From Pseudomonadota bacterium (lineage in GTDB: Bacteria; Desulfobacterota; Desulfovibrionia; Desulfovibrionales; Desulfovibrionaceae), in contig JAEXRD010000149.1 in the NCBI GenBank assembly GCA_023438245.1, forward strand, positions 4,771-68,770: 64,000 nucleotides of DNA, given 5' to 3'. The translations under genes were made by a program, and so were the position numbers. Numbering within the stretch: position 1 is the first letter of the stretch; each line of letters opens with the position of its first letter. Shown here in pieces: positions 10,734 through 20,151 of this stretch. Under the pieces are notes generated by a model. That model had not been told where the DNA came from and did not search any database. It saw only the letters and a list, made by a program, of their open reading frames with translations.

Positions 10734-10750
10734 CGTTTTTCGGGAAAACG
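10734..10750. promoter_or_regulatory. Inverted repeat CGTTTT-N5-AAAACG in the lrp/putA promoter; candidate operator
   Basis: Palindrome abuts a minus-strand TTGACG (10749-10754). Confidence 0.35.
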
Positions 10751-10843
10751 TCAAGGGGATTGGGCGGCGGAGGGGGGCCGCTGGCAGCGGGGATTGCCCA
10801 AATTACGTATTCTGCTATGCCTACCGGCAAAGAGGAGGGCCGC

Positions 10844-11782
10844 GTGCCGCGAGTTCTTGCCATTCTGCTCCTTGCCGCGCTGTGTGCGGTTCCGTGCGCC
10901 CTCCGGGCCGCGCCTCCCTCGCCGGGTGGGCAGGCCTCGGCCCTGGCGCCCATGTTCGCGCGGCTGGCCCGCGCCGGCAGCGACGAGGCCCGGCTGGCCT
11001 TCGATCTGGCTGTGCGCGCGCGTCCCGACGACGCCGAGGCGCGCGCCGGGCTGGCCATCGCCCTTGTGCTGGCCGGGCGCGAGGCCGATGCCGGATACCA
11101 TCTGCAGCGGGCGGTCGAATCCGCCTCGCCGATCCCGGCCGTGCGCCTGGCCAGGGGGCTGGCCCTGGGGTTGGCCCCGGGCCAGGCCGGCTCGGCGGGC
11201 GCAGCGGAGGCCGCCTACCAGTTCAACCGGGCCGTGGAGGAGGGCGCGGACCCTGCCCTGGCGCTGCTGTGCAGGGCCGCCGTGGCCGGGGCCAGGAGGG
11301 ACTTTGCCGCCGGGCAGCGGGCCATGGTCGAGTACGACGCGCTGGTGCCCAAGGCCGGGCAGGCGGAGACCGCGCCCCGGCTGGCGGACCGCGTCAGCCG
11401 CGAGGAGGCCATGGTGGGGAGCTACTTCCTGGACCAGGGCGCCAAGGGCGGGAGCACCGCCGGCCTGTACCTGGGCCTGCTGCGCAAGAACGGCGCGCTC
11501 ACCGGGGCCGGGGCTCTGGCCTTGCGTAGGGCGGGCATGGCGCGGGCCTCCGGCTTCACCTTCCAGGACGGCTCGGTGACCTTCGTGTTGGAGGTGGACC
11601 AGGTCTTCCATCGCCTCTACTACTGGCGGTTCACGCTGGACACCTCCGGCGGCTTCGACCTCATGCCCGTGCTCAAGATCGAACGGGCGGACGCGAGAGA
11701 GGGGCCATGGCGTGCGGCGGACGCGGACGAGTTCACGCCCCCTGCGCGGGCCCTGGTGCGCGTGCCGCCCAAGGCCCAGTGA
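10844..11782 (+). CDS. Exported hypothetical protein with TPR-like helices
   Basis: GAGGAG RBS then GTG 10844; signal peptide; ARPDDAEARAGLAIAL TPR-like repeat. Confidence 0.6.
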   Translation: MPRVLAILLLAALCAVPCALRAAPPSPGGQASALAPMFARLARAGSDEARLAFDLAVRARPDDAEARAGLAIALVLAGREADAGYHLQRAVESASPIPAVRLARGLALGLAPGQAGSAGAAEAAYQFNRAVEEGADPALALLCRAAVAGARRDFAAGQRAMVEYDALVPKAGQAETAPRLADRVSREEAMVGSYFLDQGAKGGSTAGLYLGLLRKNGALTGAGALALRRAGMARASGFTFQDGSVTFVLEVDQVFHRLYYWRFTLDTSGGFDLMPVLKIERADAREGPWRAADADEFTPPARALVRVPPKAQ

Positions 11783-11831
11783 GGCGCGACCCTTTGCCTT
11801 TCCGCGCGCTTTGCGCTAACCCTTGGGCATC

Positions 11832-12992
11832 ATGTCGAACTCTCATGCCGCCACGCCGCAAGGGTTGACCGTCCGCCAGGAGGACGCGGAGGGGCTGGTG
11901 CTGTCCTTCGCCACCGACCTGGACGCCCAGGCCGTGGCCGGGCTGTGGTCGGGCGCGCACCGGGCGCTGGCCGGGCGCGGGTTCGCGGCGCTCACCCTCG
12001 ACGTCTCCGGCGTGGGCTACATGGACGGGGCCGGGCTGGCGCTGCTCGTCTCGCTGCGCCGCCTGGCCGAGGGCCAGGGCGCCACGGTGGGGGAGCTGGG
12101 CCTGTCCGAGCGCCACGCCCACCTGCTGGAGCTGGCCGGGCGCGCGGTGCCGCCTCCGGGCGGGGACGGGGCGCGGGCCGAGGGCGAGGGCTCCGAGCGC
12201 AGGACCGTGGGCCGGGGCATGGGCGAAGGCCTCCGCGAGATATGGGAAAACGTGCGCATGGTGGTGGGCTTCGTGGGCGAGGCCTCGCTGGTGCTGTGGC
12301 AGTCCTTGCGCCGCCCGCGCGAGGTGCGCTGGAAGGACGTGCTGCTCCAGGCGCTGGCCGTGGGCGTGGAGAGCATGCCCATCCTGCTCCTCATCGGCTT
12401 CCTCATGGGGCTGATCATGAGCTTCCAGTCGGTCATCACGCTGCAGCGCTTCGGCGGGGAGATCTTCGTGCCCAACATGCTGGGCCTGGTCATGTTCCGC
12501 GAGATGGGGCCGCTGGTCACCGCCATCCTGCTGGCGGCGCGCTCCGGCAGCGCCTTCGCCGCGGAGATCGGCACCATGCGCGTCAACGAGGAGCTGGACG
12601 CGCTGTCCACCATGGGCATAAGCCCGGTGCGCTTCCTGGTGGGCCCGCGCATCCTGTCCTCGCTGGCCGTGGTGCCGGTGATGACGCTGTTCTTCAATTT
12701 CGCCAGCCTCGTGGGCGGCGCGCTGGTCATGCTGTCCATCGGCTTCCCGCTGGTCACCTTCACCTCCCGCGTGTTCGCCAACGTCAAGGGCACGGACCTC
12801 GTGGGCAGCCTCATCAAGATCATCGTGTTCGCCCTGCTGGTGACGGGCGTGAGCTGCCTGCGCGGGCTGCGCACGGGCGGAGGGGCCAGCGCCGTGGGCC
12901 GCAGCACCACCGCCGCCGTGGTCAGCGGGCTCATCCTCATCACCATCGCCGACGGCCTGTTCGCGGTGCTGTTCTACTACTTCAAGATCTGA
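11832..12992 (+). CDS. mlaE: MlaE-family permease with N-terminal STAS domain
   Basis: LDVSGVGYMDGAG (STAS); REMGPLVTAILLAARSGSAFAAEIGTM, VGRSTTAAVV. Confidence 0.92.
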   Translation: MSNSHAATPQGLTVRQEDAEGLVLSFATDLDAQAVAGLWSGAHRALAGRGFAALTLDVSGVGYMDGAGLALLVSLRRLAEGQGATVGELGLSERHAHLLELAGRAVPPPGGDGARAEGEGSERRTVGRGMGEGLREIWENVRMVVGFVGEASLVLWQSLRRPREVRWKDVLLQALAVGVESMPILLLIGFLMGLIMSFQSVITLQRFGGEIFVPNMLGLVMFREMGPLVTAILLAARSGSAFAAEIGTMRVNEELDALSTMGISPVRFLVGPRILSSLAVVPVMTLFFNFASLVGGALVMLSIGFPLVTFTSRVFANVKGTDLVGSLIKIIVFALLVTGVSCLRGLRTGGGASAVGRSTTAAVVSGLILITIADGLFAVLFYYFKI

Positions 12993-13006
12993 TACCAGGC
13001 GGAAAC

Positions 13007-13837
13007 ATGAGCGCGGAACCCACCGGACCCATCATCAGCGTGCGCGGGCTTACCTGCGCCTACGGCGACCGCACGGTGCTCCGGGACGTGGCCTTCGACG
13101 TGGCCCCGGGCGAGGTGTTCGTGGTCATCGGACGCTCCGGCTGCGGCAAGAGCACGCTCATGAAGCACATGATCGGCCTCATCGAGCCGGTGTCGGGCAG
13201 CATCGTGCTCTCCGGGCGCGACATCGTCACCGCCGAGGGGGCCGAACGCCTGGAGATCCTGAAGGGCATCGGCGTGATGTACCAGGGCGGCGCGCTGTTC
13301 GGCTCCATGAGCGTGGCCAACAACATCGGCCTGCCGCTGGAGCAGTACACCGACCTGCCGCCCGAGGCCGTGGAGGTCATCAGCCGCGTGAAGCTCTCGC
13401 TCGTCGGGCTGGAGCAGTTCGCCCACTTCATGCCCTCGGAGCTCTCCGGCGGCATGGTCAAGCGCGCGGCCATCGCCCGGGCCATGGCGCTCGACCCGCC
13501 CATCCTGTTCCTGGACGAGCCCAGCGCGGGCCTGGACCCGGTGACCAGCGCCGAGCTGGACGTGCTGGTGCGCAGCCTGGCCGAGGCCCTGGGCATCACC
13601 TTCGTCATCGTGTCCCACGAGCTGCCGAGCATCCTGGCCATCGCCGACCGCGTCATCCTGCTGGACGACGGGGTGCGCGGCATCGCCGCCGAGGGCGACC
13701 CGCGCGAGCTCTACGCCCACAGCACAGACCCGGTGGTGCGCCGGTTCTTCGACCGCGAGGTGGCCCAGCGCGTGGCCGCTCCGCCCCCCCAGCGCCACAG
13801 CCGTCACGCAAAACCCGAGCCGGAGGCCAGGCCATGA
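13007..13837 (+). CDS. mlaF: MlaF-family ABC ATPase
   Basis: GRSGCGKS, LSGGMVKRAAIARA, FLDEPSAGLDP; ATG 13007. Confidence 0.92.
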   Translation: MSAEPTGPIISVRGLTCAYGDRTVLRDVAFDVAPGEVFVVIGRSGCGKSTLMKHMIGLIEPVSGSIVLSGRDIVTAEGAERLEILKGIGVMYQGGALFGSMSVANNIGLPLEQYTDLPPEAVEVISRVKLSLVGLEQFAHFMPSELSGGMVKRAAIARAMALDPPILFLDEPSAGLDPVTSAELDVLVRSLAEALGITFVIVSHELPSILAIADRVILLDDGVRGIAAEGDPRELYAHSTDPVVRRFFDREVAQRVAAPPPQRHSRHAKPEPEARP

Positions 13838-14982
13838 TCCGCAGCGGCGACTATTTCAAGCTCGGGCTCTTCGTCATCGGCGGGGTGGCGCTCCTGGTGG
13901 TGGTGCTGCTGGCCCTGGGCATGGGCAGGCTGTTCCAGCGCACCTGGCAGATGGAGACCTACATCAACGAGAGCGTCAACGGCCTGGAGATCGGCTCGCC
14001 GGTGAAGTTCCGGGGCGTGCGCATCGGCAGCGTCACCGAGATCGGCTTCGTCTCCGCCAAGTACGGCAAGAAGGCCGACGGGTACCGCTACGTCTACGTG
14101 CTGTGCACCCTGGACAAGGACATCTTCGGCGGCATGGGCAGCAAGCCCGCGGCGGAGCAGGCCGAGCGCGAGGTGGAGCGCGGCCTGCGCGCGCGCACCA
14201 TCTCCCAGGGCCTCACCGGCCAGCTCTTCCTGGGGCTGGACTACGTGGAGGCCGACCGCAACCCGCACCTGCCCATCGAGTGGGAGCCCGCCAGCATCTA
14301 CATCCCCTCGGCCCCCAGCACGCTCTCCCGCGTGGAGCAGGCGGTGCTGGGCATCAGCAACACGCTGGAGGGGCTGGAGGAGGCCGAACTGCCCGAGGCG
14401 GTGAAGAGCTTCCGCCGCTTCGCCGACAGCGCCAGCACCTTCCTGGACCAGGCCGACCTGCGCGACATCGGCCCGCGCATCAACGCCACCCTGGAGCAGA
14501 CCCGCACGCTGCTGGCGCGCATCAACCAGCTCCTGGCCGACCCGGCGGTGGACACCCTGCTGCCCGAGACGGCCAAGACCGTGCACGGCGTGCGCACGCT
14601 CGTGGAGACCGCCGGGCCGGACGCCGCCGCGCTGATGAAGGAATCCCGCGAGCTGGCCAGGAGCCTCAAGGTCTCGGCGGGCAAGCTGGAGGCCTTCCTG
14701 ACCAACCCGGAGACCGAGAAGCAGCTGGCGCAGATGCCCGAGACCGTCAAGAAGGCCCGGGAGACCATCGAGGAGCTGCACTCGGCCTCGGCGCGGCTCA
14801 ACCAGGTCATGGGCCGGGTGCAGGGGCTCACCGCCAGCCAGCAGGCCAACGTGGAATCCATTCTGGAGGGCGCGCGCCTGCTCATCGAGAACCTGCGCGA
14901 GATCACCGGGGAGGCGGGGCGCAACCCGTCGGGCATGATCTTCGGCGCGCCGCCGCAACGTTCGCCGCTGGACAAGCGGTAG
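13834..14982 (+). CDS. mlaD: MlaD/MCE-domain protein
   Basis: KLGLFV TM anchor; SVNGLEIGSPVKFRGVRIGSV; C-terminal NPSGMIFG. Confidence 0.9.
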   Translation: MIRSGDYFKLGLFVIGGVALLVVVLLALGMGRLFQRTWQMETYINESVNGLEIGSPVKFRGVRIGSVTEIGFVSAKYGKKADGYRYVYVLCTLDKDIFGGMGSKPAAEQAEREVERGLRARTISQGLTGQLFLGLDYVEADRNPHLPIEWEPASIYIPSAPSTLSRVEQAVLGISNTLEGLEEAELPEAVKSFRRFADSASTFLDQADLRDIGPRINATLEQTRTLLARINQLLADPAVDTLLPETAKTVHGVRTLVETAGPDAAALMKESRELARSLKVSAGKLEAFLTNPETEKQLAQMPETVKKARETIEELHSASARLNQVMGRVQGLTASQQANVESILEGARLLIENLREITGEAGRNPSGMIFGAPPQRSPLDKR

Positions 14983-14992
14983 GGGAGACGCC

Positions 14993-15622
14993 ATGCGAAA
15001 GAGCCTGAAGCCCGCCATCCTGCTGCTGTCCTGCGTCCTGGCCGCCGCCGCGTTCCTGGGCTGCGTGAAGATGGACCGCGCGCCCGTGGACAAGCAATTC
15101 TTCGCCCTGGACGTGGCCCGGCCCGGCGAGGCGCTGCCCGCCGCCAAGGGCCCGGCCCTGATGGTCCGCAGGCTGCAGATCTCGCCGCGCGTGGCCGGGC
15201 GCGAGCTGGTGTACAAGGTGGGCGAGAGCGGCTGGACCGCGGACTACTACAACCAGTTCTTCACGCCCCCGGCGGACATGCTCTCCCAGGACCTGCGCAC
15301 GTGGCTGCGCGCCAGCGGGCTGTACTCCAACGTGGTGGACCCCGGCAGCCTGCTGGAGCCCCGGCTCATCCTGGAGGGCAACGTCACCAGCCTGTACGGC
15401 GACCTGACGGCCAAGCCCGGCACCGCCGTGGTGCAGATGCAGTTCCTGCTGCTGGACAACGCCGGGGCCGAGCGCCGCGTGCTCATGACCCGCGACGTCA
15501 GCGCCAGCGCGCCCCTGGCCGGGGCCACGCCCCGGGACCTGGTGCTGGCCCTGCGCACGGCCGTGGCCCGGTGCTTCGGCGAGCTGGAGGGGGCGCTGCG
15601 CCAGGTTCCCCCGCCGCAATGA
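14993..15622 (+). CDS. PqiC-like ABC auxiliary lipoprotein
   Basis: Lipobox FLGC; last gene of the mlaEFD cluster. Confidence 0.8.
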   Translation: MRKSLKPAILLLSCVLAAAAFLGCVKMDRAPVDKQFFALDVARPGEALPAAKGPALMVRRLQISPRVAGRELVYKVGESGWTADYYNQFFTPPADMLSQDLRTWLRASGLYSNVVDPGSLLEPRLILEGNVTSLYGDLTAKPGTAVVQMQFLLLDNAGAERRVLMTRDVSASAPLAGATPRDLVLALRTAVARCFGELEGALRQVPPPQ

Positions 15623-15635
15623 CGCCGACCCGCCG

Positions 15636-15815
15636 CTAGCGCAGCCCGCCCAGGCCCAACCCGGCCAGCACGGCCAGCCCGGCCCAGAGCAGGGTCTTGG
15701 CCGCGCCGCGCCATGCGGCCACCCCCTGGGACCTGTCCGCGCCGCCCGCGCTGGTGTCCTCCGGGCGCACCAGATAGGCCGCCAGCCGCCACAGCTCCGA
15801 GAGCAGGGGGACCAT
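15636..15815 (-). CDS. Possible 59-aa small membrane protein
   Basis: MVPLLSELWRLAAYLV...KTLLWAGLAVLAGLGLGGLR fills the gap just after the lysE stop; GC-rich third positions; no clear RBS. Confidence 0.35.
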   Translation of the reverse strand: MVPLLSELWRLAAYLVRPEDTSAGGADRSQGVAAWRGAAKTLLWAGLAVLAGLGLGGLR

Positions 15816-15823
15816 GGCCAGGC

Positions 15824-16450
15824 CTACAAAATCCCCAGGTCGCGGAGCATCTCCCCGGCCATGGGCACCACGGACAGCGCCAGAAGCGAGGCCATGGCCA
15901 CGTTGAAGGCTTTCAGTCTGCGGCGGTCCTGCATCAGCCCGCGCATGAGCGCGCCCAGCACCGCCCAGCCGCCCACGCAGGGCATGCCCACGAAGAAGAA
16001 CGCCGCCGTGACGATGAGTGCCCCCGCGATGGGCCGGTCGGGCGGGGCGTAGGTGCTGGCGGCGGTGATGCACATCATGAGCGCCTTGGGATTCACCCAC
16101 TGGAAGGCCGAGGCCTGCAGGAAGGTCATGGGCCTGGCCCCGCCGCCCTCGCCGTCCATGCCGTTCGGGGTGGAGCTGCCGATGGCCCAGGCCAGGTAGA
16201 GCATGTAGCCCACGCCCACCGCCCGCAGCACCGAGTAGAGGCCGGGCACGGCCTCGAACACCATGCCCACGCCCAGCCCCAGCACCAGCTGCATGAAGGT
16301 GAAGCCCAGGGTGACGCCCAGGATGTGCGGCAGGCTTTTGCGCAGGCCGAAGTTGACGCCCGAGGCGAAGAGCATGGCGTTGTTGGGGCCGGGCGTGGCC
16401 GAGGTGGCCAGTGCAAACAGGCACAGGGAGATGAGGGTTTCGGAATTCAT
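15824..16450 (-). CDS. LysE/RhtB family amino-acid exporter
   Basis: TPGPNNAM, FQWVNPKA motifs; hydrophobic. Confidence 0.92.
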   Translation of the reverse strand: MNSETLISLCLFALATSATPGPNNAMLFASGVNFGLRKSLPHILGVTLGFTFMQLVLGLGVGMVFEAVPGLYSVLRAVGVGYMLYLAWAIGSSTPNGMDGEGGGARPMTFLQASAFQWVNPKALMMCITAASTYAPPDRPIAGALIVTAAFFFVGMPCVGGWAVLGALMRGLMQDRRRLKAFNVAMASLLALSVVPMAGEMLRDLGIL

Positions 16451-16481
16451 GGCCGCTTCCTTGGCTGTGATGGTGAAATAG

Positions 16482-16612
16482 TGACAATTTGCAGATTGTA
16501 CTCATTGCGTTTGCGCCGTAAACACAGCACATGGCAATGAAATGGGGGTCTGCGGCCAGCATGTATGTTGACAGCATCGGGCGGTCAATGTATTTATTGT
16601 CACCATGACAAT
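16482..16612. promoter_or_regulatory. Divergent lysE/mocR control region with TGACAAT boxes
   Basis: TGACAAT-N6-ATTGTAC (16482-16501); perfect ATTGTCA-N3-TGACAAT (16596-16612); TTGACA at 16568-16573. Confidence 0.65.
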
Positions 16613-18068
16613 ATGGCAGCCGAACATCACGCCTGGGGACCGCCCGCGCTATCTGGCCCTGGCCGACGCCATCGAGGAGGGCGTGGCCGCCGGGCAGCTT
16701 GCGCCGGGCCAGCGCCTGCCCACCCACCGCGACCTGGCCGAGGCCCTGGGCGTCACCGTGGGCACCATCACGCGCGGCTATGCCGAGGCCGCCCGGCGCG
16801 GGCTGGTGCGCGGCGAGGTGGGGCGCGGCACCGTGGTCATGCGCGGGGGCGAGGCCCCCTGCCCGTGGTGGGGTGCCAGCCAGACCGGATCGGGCCAGGC
16901 CGGATCGGGCCAGGTGGGGGTGTCGGGGCATGCGCCAAAGGCCGCGCCCGGCGGCGCGCAGGTGGTGGACATGGGCCTGGTGACGGGCCTGACCGCCCAC
17001 GACCCGGACCTGGGCGCGGCGCTGGCGTCCCTGGCGACCCGGCCCGACATCCAGCAGCTTCTGCGCTACCAGCCGTCCGGTGGGGTGGCGCGCCACCGCG
17101 AGGCCGGTGTGGGCTGGCTCTCGCGCCACGGCGTCAAGGCCGAGCCCGGGCAGGTGGTGGTGACCAGCGGCGGCCAGCACGCCCTGCTGGTGACGCTCTC
17201 GGCCCTGTTCCGTCCCGGGGACCGCGTGCTCTGCGCCGGACTGAACTATCCCGGCCTCATGAGCGTGGCCGCGCTTTTGGGCCTGCGCCTGGTGCCCGTG
17301 GACAGCGACGCGGAGGGGCTGCTGCCCGCCGCCATCGACGACGCCTGCCAGCGCGAGGACATCCGCGGCCTGTACCTCATGCCCGGCATGCACAACCCCA
17401 CCTGCGCGCGCATGGGGCCGGAGCGGCTGGCCCGCATGGCCGAGCTGGCGCGGCGGCACGATCTTTCCGTCATCGAGGACGGGGCCTACGCCCTCACCGG
17501 TCCTGATGGCCCTGACAGGCCCTGCGCGCCGCTGGCCCCGCTCATCCCGGAGCGCTGCTTCTACGTGGCCAGCGTGTCCAAGATGCTCACCGAGGGCCTG
17601 CGCGTGGCCTATGTGGCCGCCCCGCCGGAATTCACGGAGCGCCTTTCGCTGGGCATCACCAGCACCACCTGGATGGCCTCGCCGCTGTGCGCGGAGCTGG
17701 CCGCCCTGTGGATCGGCGATGGCACGGCGGACGCCGTGCTGGCCAGAAAGCGCGGCGAGGCCCAGCGCCGGGTGCGGCTGGCTGCGCGGCTGCTGGACGG
17801 GTTCGGGCTGCGCACGCGGCCCATGGGCTATTTCGCCTGGCTGCCGCTGCCGGAGCCCTGGCGCGGCGAGGAGTTCGAGCGCGCCGCCCTGGAGCGGGGC
17901 GTGGCCGTGGTGGCGGGCGGGTCCTTCGCCGTGGGCCAGACGCCCGCGCCCATGGCCGTGCGGCTGTCGCTCTCGGCCCCGCGCACCGAGGCCGAGCTGG
18001 AGCGCGGGCTGGCCGTGCTGGCGGAACTGCTCAGGCAGCCGCCGCGCCAGGGCCGGGCCATTGTGTAG
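16605..18068 (+). CDS. MocR/GntR PLP-dependent transcriptional regulator
   Basis: wHTH LPTHRDLAEALGVTVGTITRGY; aminotransferase domain HNPT, IEDGAY, SVSK. Confidence 0.93.
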   Translation: MTIWQPNITPGDRPRYLALADAIEEGVAAGQLAPGQRLPTHRDLAEALGVTVGTITRGYAEAARRGLVRGEVGRGTVVMRGGEAPCPWWGASQTGSGQAGSGQVGVSGHAPKAAPGGAQVVDMGLVTGLTAHDPDLGAALASLATRPDIQQLLRYQPSGGVARHREAGVGWLSRHGVKAEPGQVVVTSGGQHALLVTLSALFRPGDRVLCAGLNYPGLMSVAALLGLRLVPVDSDAEGLLPAAIDDACQREDIRGLYLMPGMHNPTCARMGPERLARMAELARRHDLSVIEDGAYALTGPDGPDRPCAPLAPLIPERCFYVASVSKMLTEGLRVAYVAAPPEFTERLSLGITSTTWMASPLCAELAALWIGDGTADAVLARKRGEAQRRVRLAARLLDGFGLRTRPMGYFAWLPLPEPWRGEEFERAALERGVAVVAGGSFAVGQTPAPMAVRLSLSAPRTEAELERGLAVLAELLRQPPRQGRAIV

Positions 18069-18072
18069 ATTT

Positions 18073-18750
18073 CTAGGCCTGGGTTCTCGCCATGGCCAAT
18101 TTGCTCGCCAATTTGACGGACGGCAGCAGGGCGAAGCGCGTGTCCGCGCAGCGCTCGGCCAGCAGCCCGGCCTCGTCCAGGCTGCGGATGGGCCGGTAGG
18201 CGGGCAGGATGTTCAGCTTGCGCTCGAAGAACAGCAGGTAGGTCTCCAGCCGGGTGAAGAACTTGTCGCGGCCGCGGTCCACCTGGTCGAAGCTCTCGGG
18301 CATGTGGCCCTCGGTGTGGAAGCCGATGGCGTACACCCCGTGCTCGCCGGGGGCGGTGTCGGCGTCCGGCGTGGGGCCCACGCACACGGCCTTCCAGCCC
18401 AGGTTGGCCAGCGCGCTGCCGATGGCGTGGCCGGGCAGGTCCGGGGCGGCGCTCGGCACCATGATGGCGCGCTCGTACTGGCGCACGAACAGCAGCCGGA
18501 AGGCGTTGCGCTGCTGCACCACCACGTTGCGGCCCATGGCGTTGGCGAGCTTGAATTTCCCCTGGCCCAGCACGCCGCGCGCCCAGTCCTTGTCCATGTC
18601 CGGCGGCAGGAACAGGAACACGTCGGCATCGGCGTCCTCCATGTTGCGCAGGGTGTCCTTCAGCATGGCCAGGGCCAGCGGGTCCGGGGTCTGGCCCTGC
18701 TCCAGCACGGGCAGGGGGCTGTTGGCGAAGACGATGACGGCGGATTTCAT
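18073..18750 (-). CDS. DUF2064-like (GT-A-like) protein, degenerate
   Basis: Pattern VIVFA..P / PDL / VGP..D..GVYAIG; ATG 18750 with GGAG RBS. Confidence 0.6.
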   Translation of the reverse strand: MKSAVIVFANSPLPVLEQGQTPDPLALAMLKDTLRNMEDADADVFLFLPPDMDKDWARGVLGQGKFKLANAMGRNVVVQQRNAFRLLFVRQYERAIMVPSAAPDLPGHAIGSALANLGWKAVCVGPTPDADTAPGEHGVYAIGFHTEGHMPESFDQVDRGRDKFFTRLETYLLFFERKLNILPAYRPIRSLDEAGLLAERCADTRFALLPSVKLASKLAMARTQA

Positions 18751-18965
18751 GGCGGCTCCGTGTTGCGCTCGGTGGTGGGCGGATGTCGGGGGCGGGGCGG
18801 AAATGGAATGCGTGTCGAGCCCCGCGCCAGGGGGCAAGCTAACCACCCGTGCGCCCGCTGGCAACCCTCGCGGGGAAATTTTCACGTCATGGCCGGGGCT
18901 TGACTCCCGCGCGGAACAGGCCCAGAAGCGTTGTGCGAACCCTTTAGCGAGCAAAGTGAGGCGAC

Positions 18966-19433
18966 ATGCGCAAGGATGTGACCGAGGACCGCGCCGTGGT
19001 GGCGGAGATTCTGCAGAAGGCCGAGTACGTGACCCTGGCCCTTGTCGACGCGGACGGCCCCTACGGCGTGCCCGTGAGCCACGCCTACGAGAACGGCGTG
19101 CTCTATTTCCACTCCTCCAAGGTGGGCCGCAAGGCCGATGCCGTGCGCCTGGCCGTGAACAGCGGCGGACGCGTGGCCTTCTCCGCGGCCATCGACCTGG
19201 AGCCCAAGACCGGCGACATGGCCTGCGACTGGGGCTGCAAGTTCCGCTGCGTGCTGGCCAGCGGCGCGCCGCGCTTCGTGGAGGGCGACGCGGAGAAGAT
19301 CGCGGCGCTGAACACCCTCATGCGCAAGTACGCCGGGCGCGACGACTTCCCCTACGACCCGTCCATCCTCTCGCGCACCGCCGTCATCGCCGTGGACGTG
19401 GACCGCGCCACGGCCCGGCTCAAACTCACGTAA
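18966..19433 (+). CDS. Pyridoxamine 5'-phosphate oxidase-like flavin-binding protein (NimA-like)
   Basis: PYGVPVS..Y....LYFHS...GRK motif. Confidence 0.85.
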   Translation: MRKDVTEDRAVVAEILQKAEYVTLALVDADGPYGVPVSHAYENGVLYFHSSKVGRKADAVRLAVNSGGRVAFSAAIDLEPKTGDMACDWGCKFRCVLASGAPRFVEGDAEKIAALNTLMRKYAGRDDFPYDPSILSRTAVIAVDVDRATARLKLT

Positions 19434-19446
19434 CCGGAGGCGACCC

Positions 19447-20034
19447 ATGGTCATCTGCTTCCTCGGCGATTCCATCGTCCAGGGCATCGGCGACGCGGAA
19501 CTGCTGGGCTGGGCCGGTCGCCTGGCCCGGCGCAGCATCGCGGCGGACCCCGGGCGGGCCACGTCCTGCACCTACTGCAACCTGGGCCTGCGCGGCGACA
19601 GCTCCCTGCGCGTGGCCGTCCGCTGGAAGGACGAGGCCCTGCGCCGCCAGCGCCCCGGCGAGGAGATCGCCTTCGTGTTCAGCTTCGGCGCGGCGGACCG
19701 CAACCACAAGGTTGCCCGCAAGGAGGCCCTCGCCGCCAGCAAGGCCATGCTGAAGGAGGCCCAGGGCCTGGGCCGCACGCTGTTCATCGCCCCGCCCCCG
19801 GCCGGCGACTCCGCCTGGGCAGAGCGCAACCGGGGCCTGGGGCAGAGCCTGCTGGAGGCCTGCGCCAAGCTCGGCGTGCCGGGCCTGGACCCCTTCCCGC
19901 TGCTCGCCGCCTCCGACGTCTACATGGCCTCGTTGGCGCGCGTGGACGGCATCCATCCGGATGCGGCGGGCTACGAGGTCTTTGCCGACGTCGTGGGCTC
20001 GTGGGAGCCCATGCGCGAGCTGCTGGGCTTGTAG
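19447..20034 (+). CDS. SGNH/GDSL hydrolase
   Basis: FLGDSIVQG, NLGLRGD, DGIHP. Confidence 0.88.
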   Translation: MVICFLGDSIVQGIGDAELLGWAGRLARRSIAADPGRATSCTYCNLGLRGDSSLRVAVRWKDEALRRQRPGEEIAFVFSFGAADRNHKVARKEALAASKAMLKEAQGLGRTLFIAPPPAGDSAWAERNRGLGQSLLEACAKLGVPGLDPFPLLAASDVYMASLARVDGIHPDAAGYEVFADVVGSWEPMRELLGL

Positions 20035-20151
20035 CGCCGGGCATGGTTGTGGAGCGCGGCCAAGTAGGGTAGAAGTCTGAACATTGGCCGGACTCCGCGC
20101 CGCGCCCCCTTGGGCCTGTGCCGTTTTCCGCCCCAACCTGGAGCCACCCGC

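Noticed and set aside
16885..16914. 15-bp tandem duplication CCGGATCGGGCCAGG in the MocR gene
   Set aside because: In-frame expansion of a variable linker; ordinary
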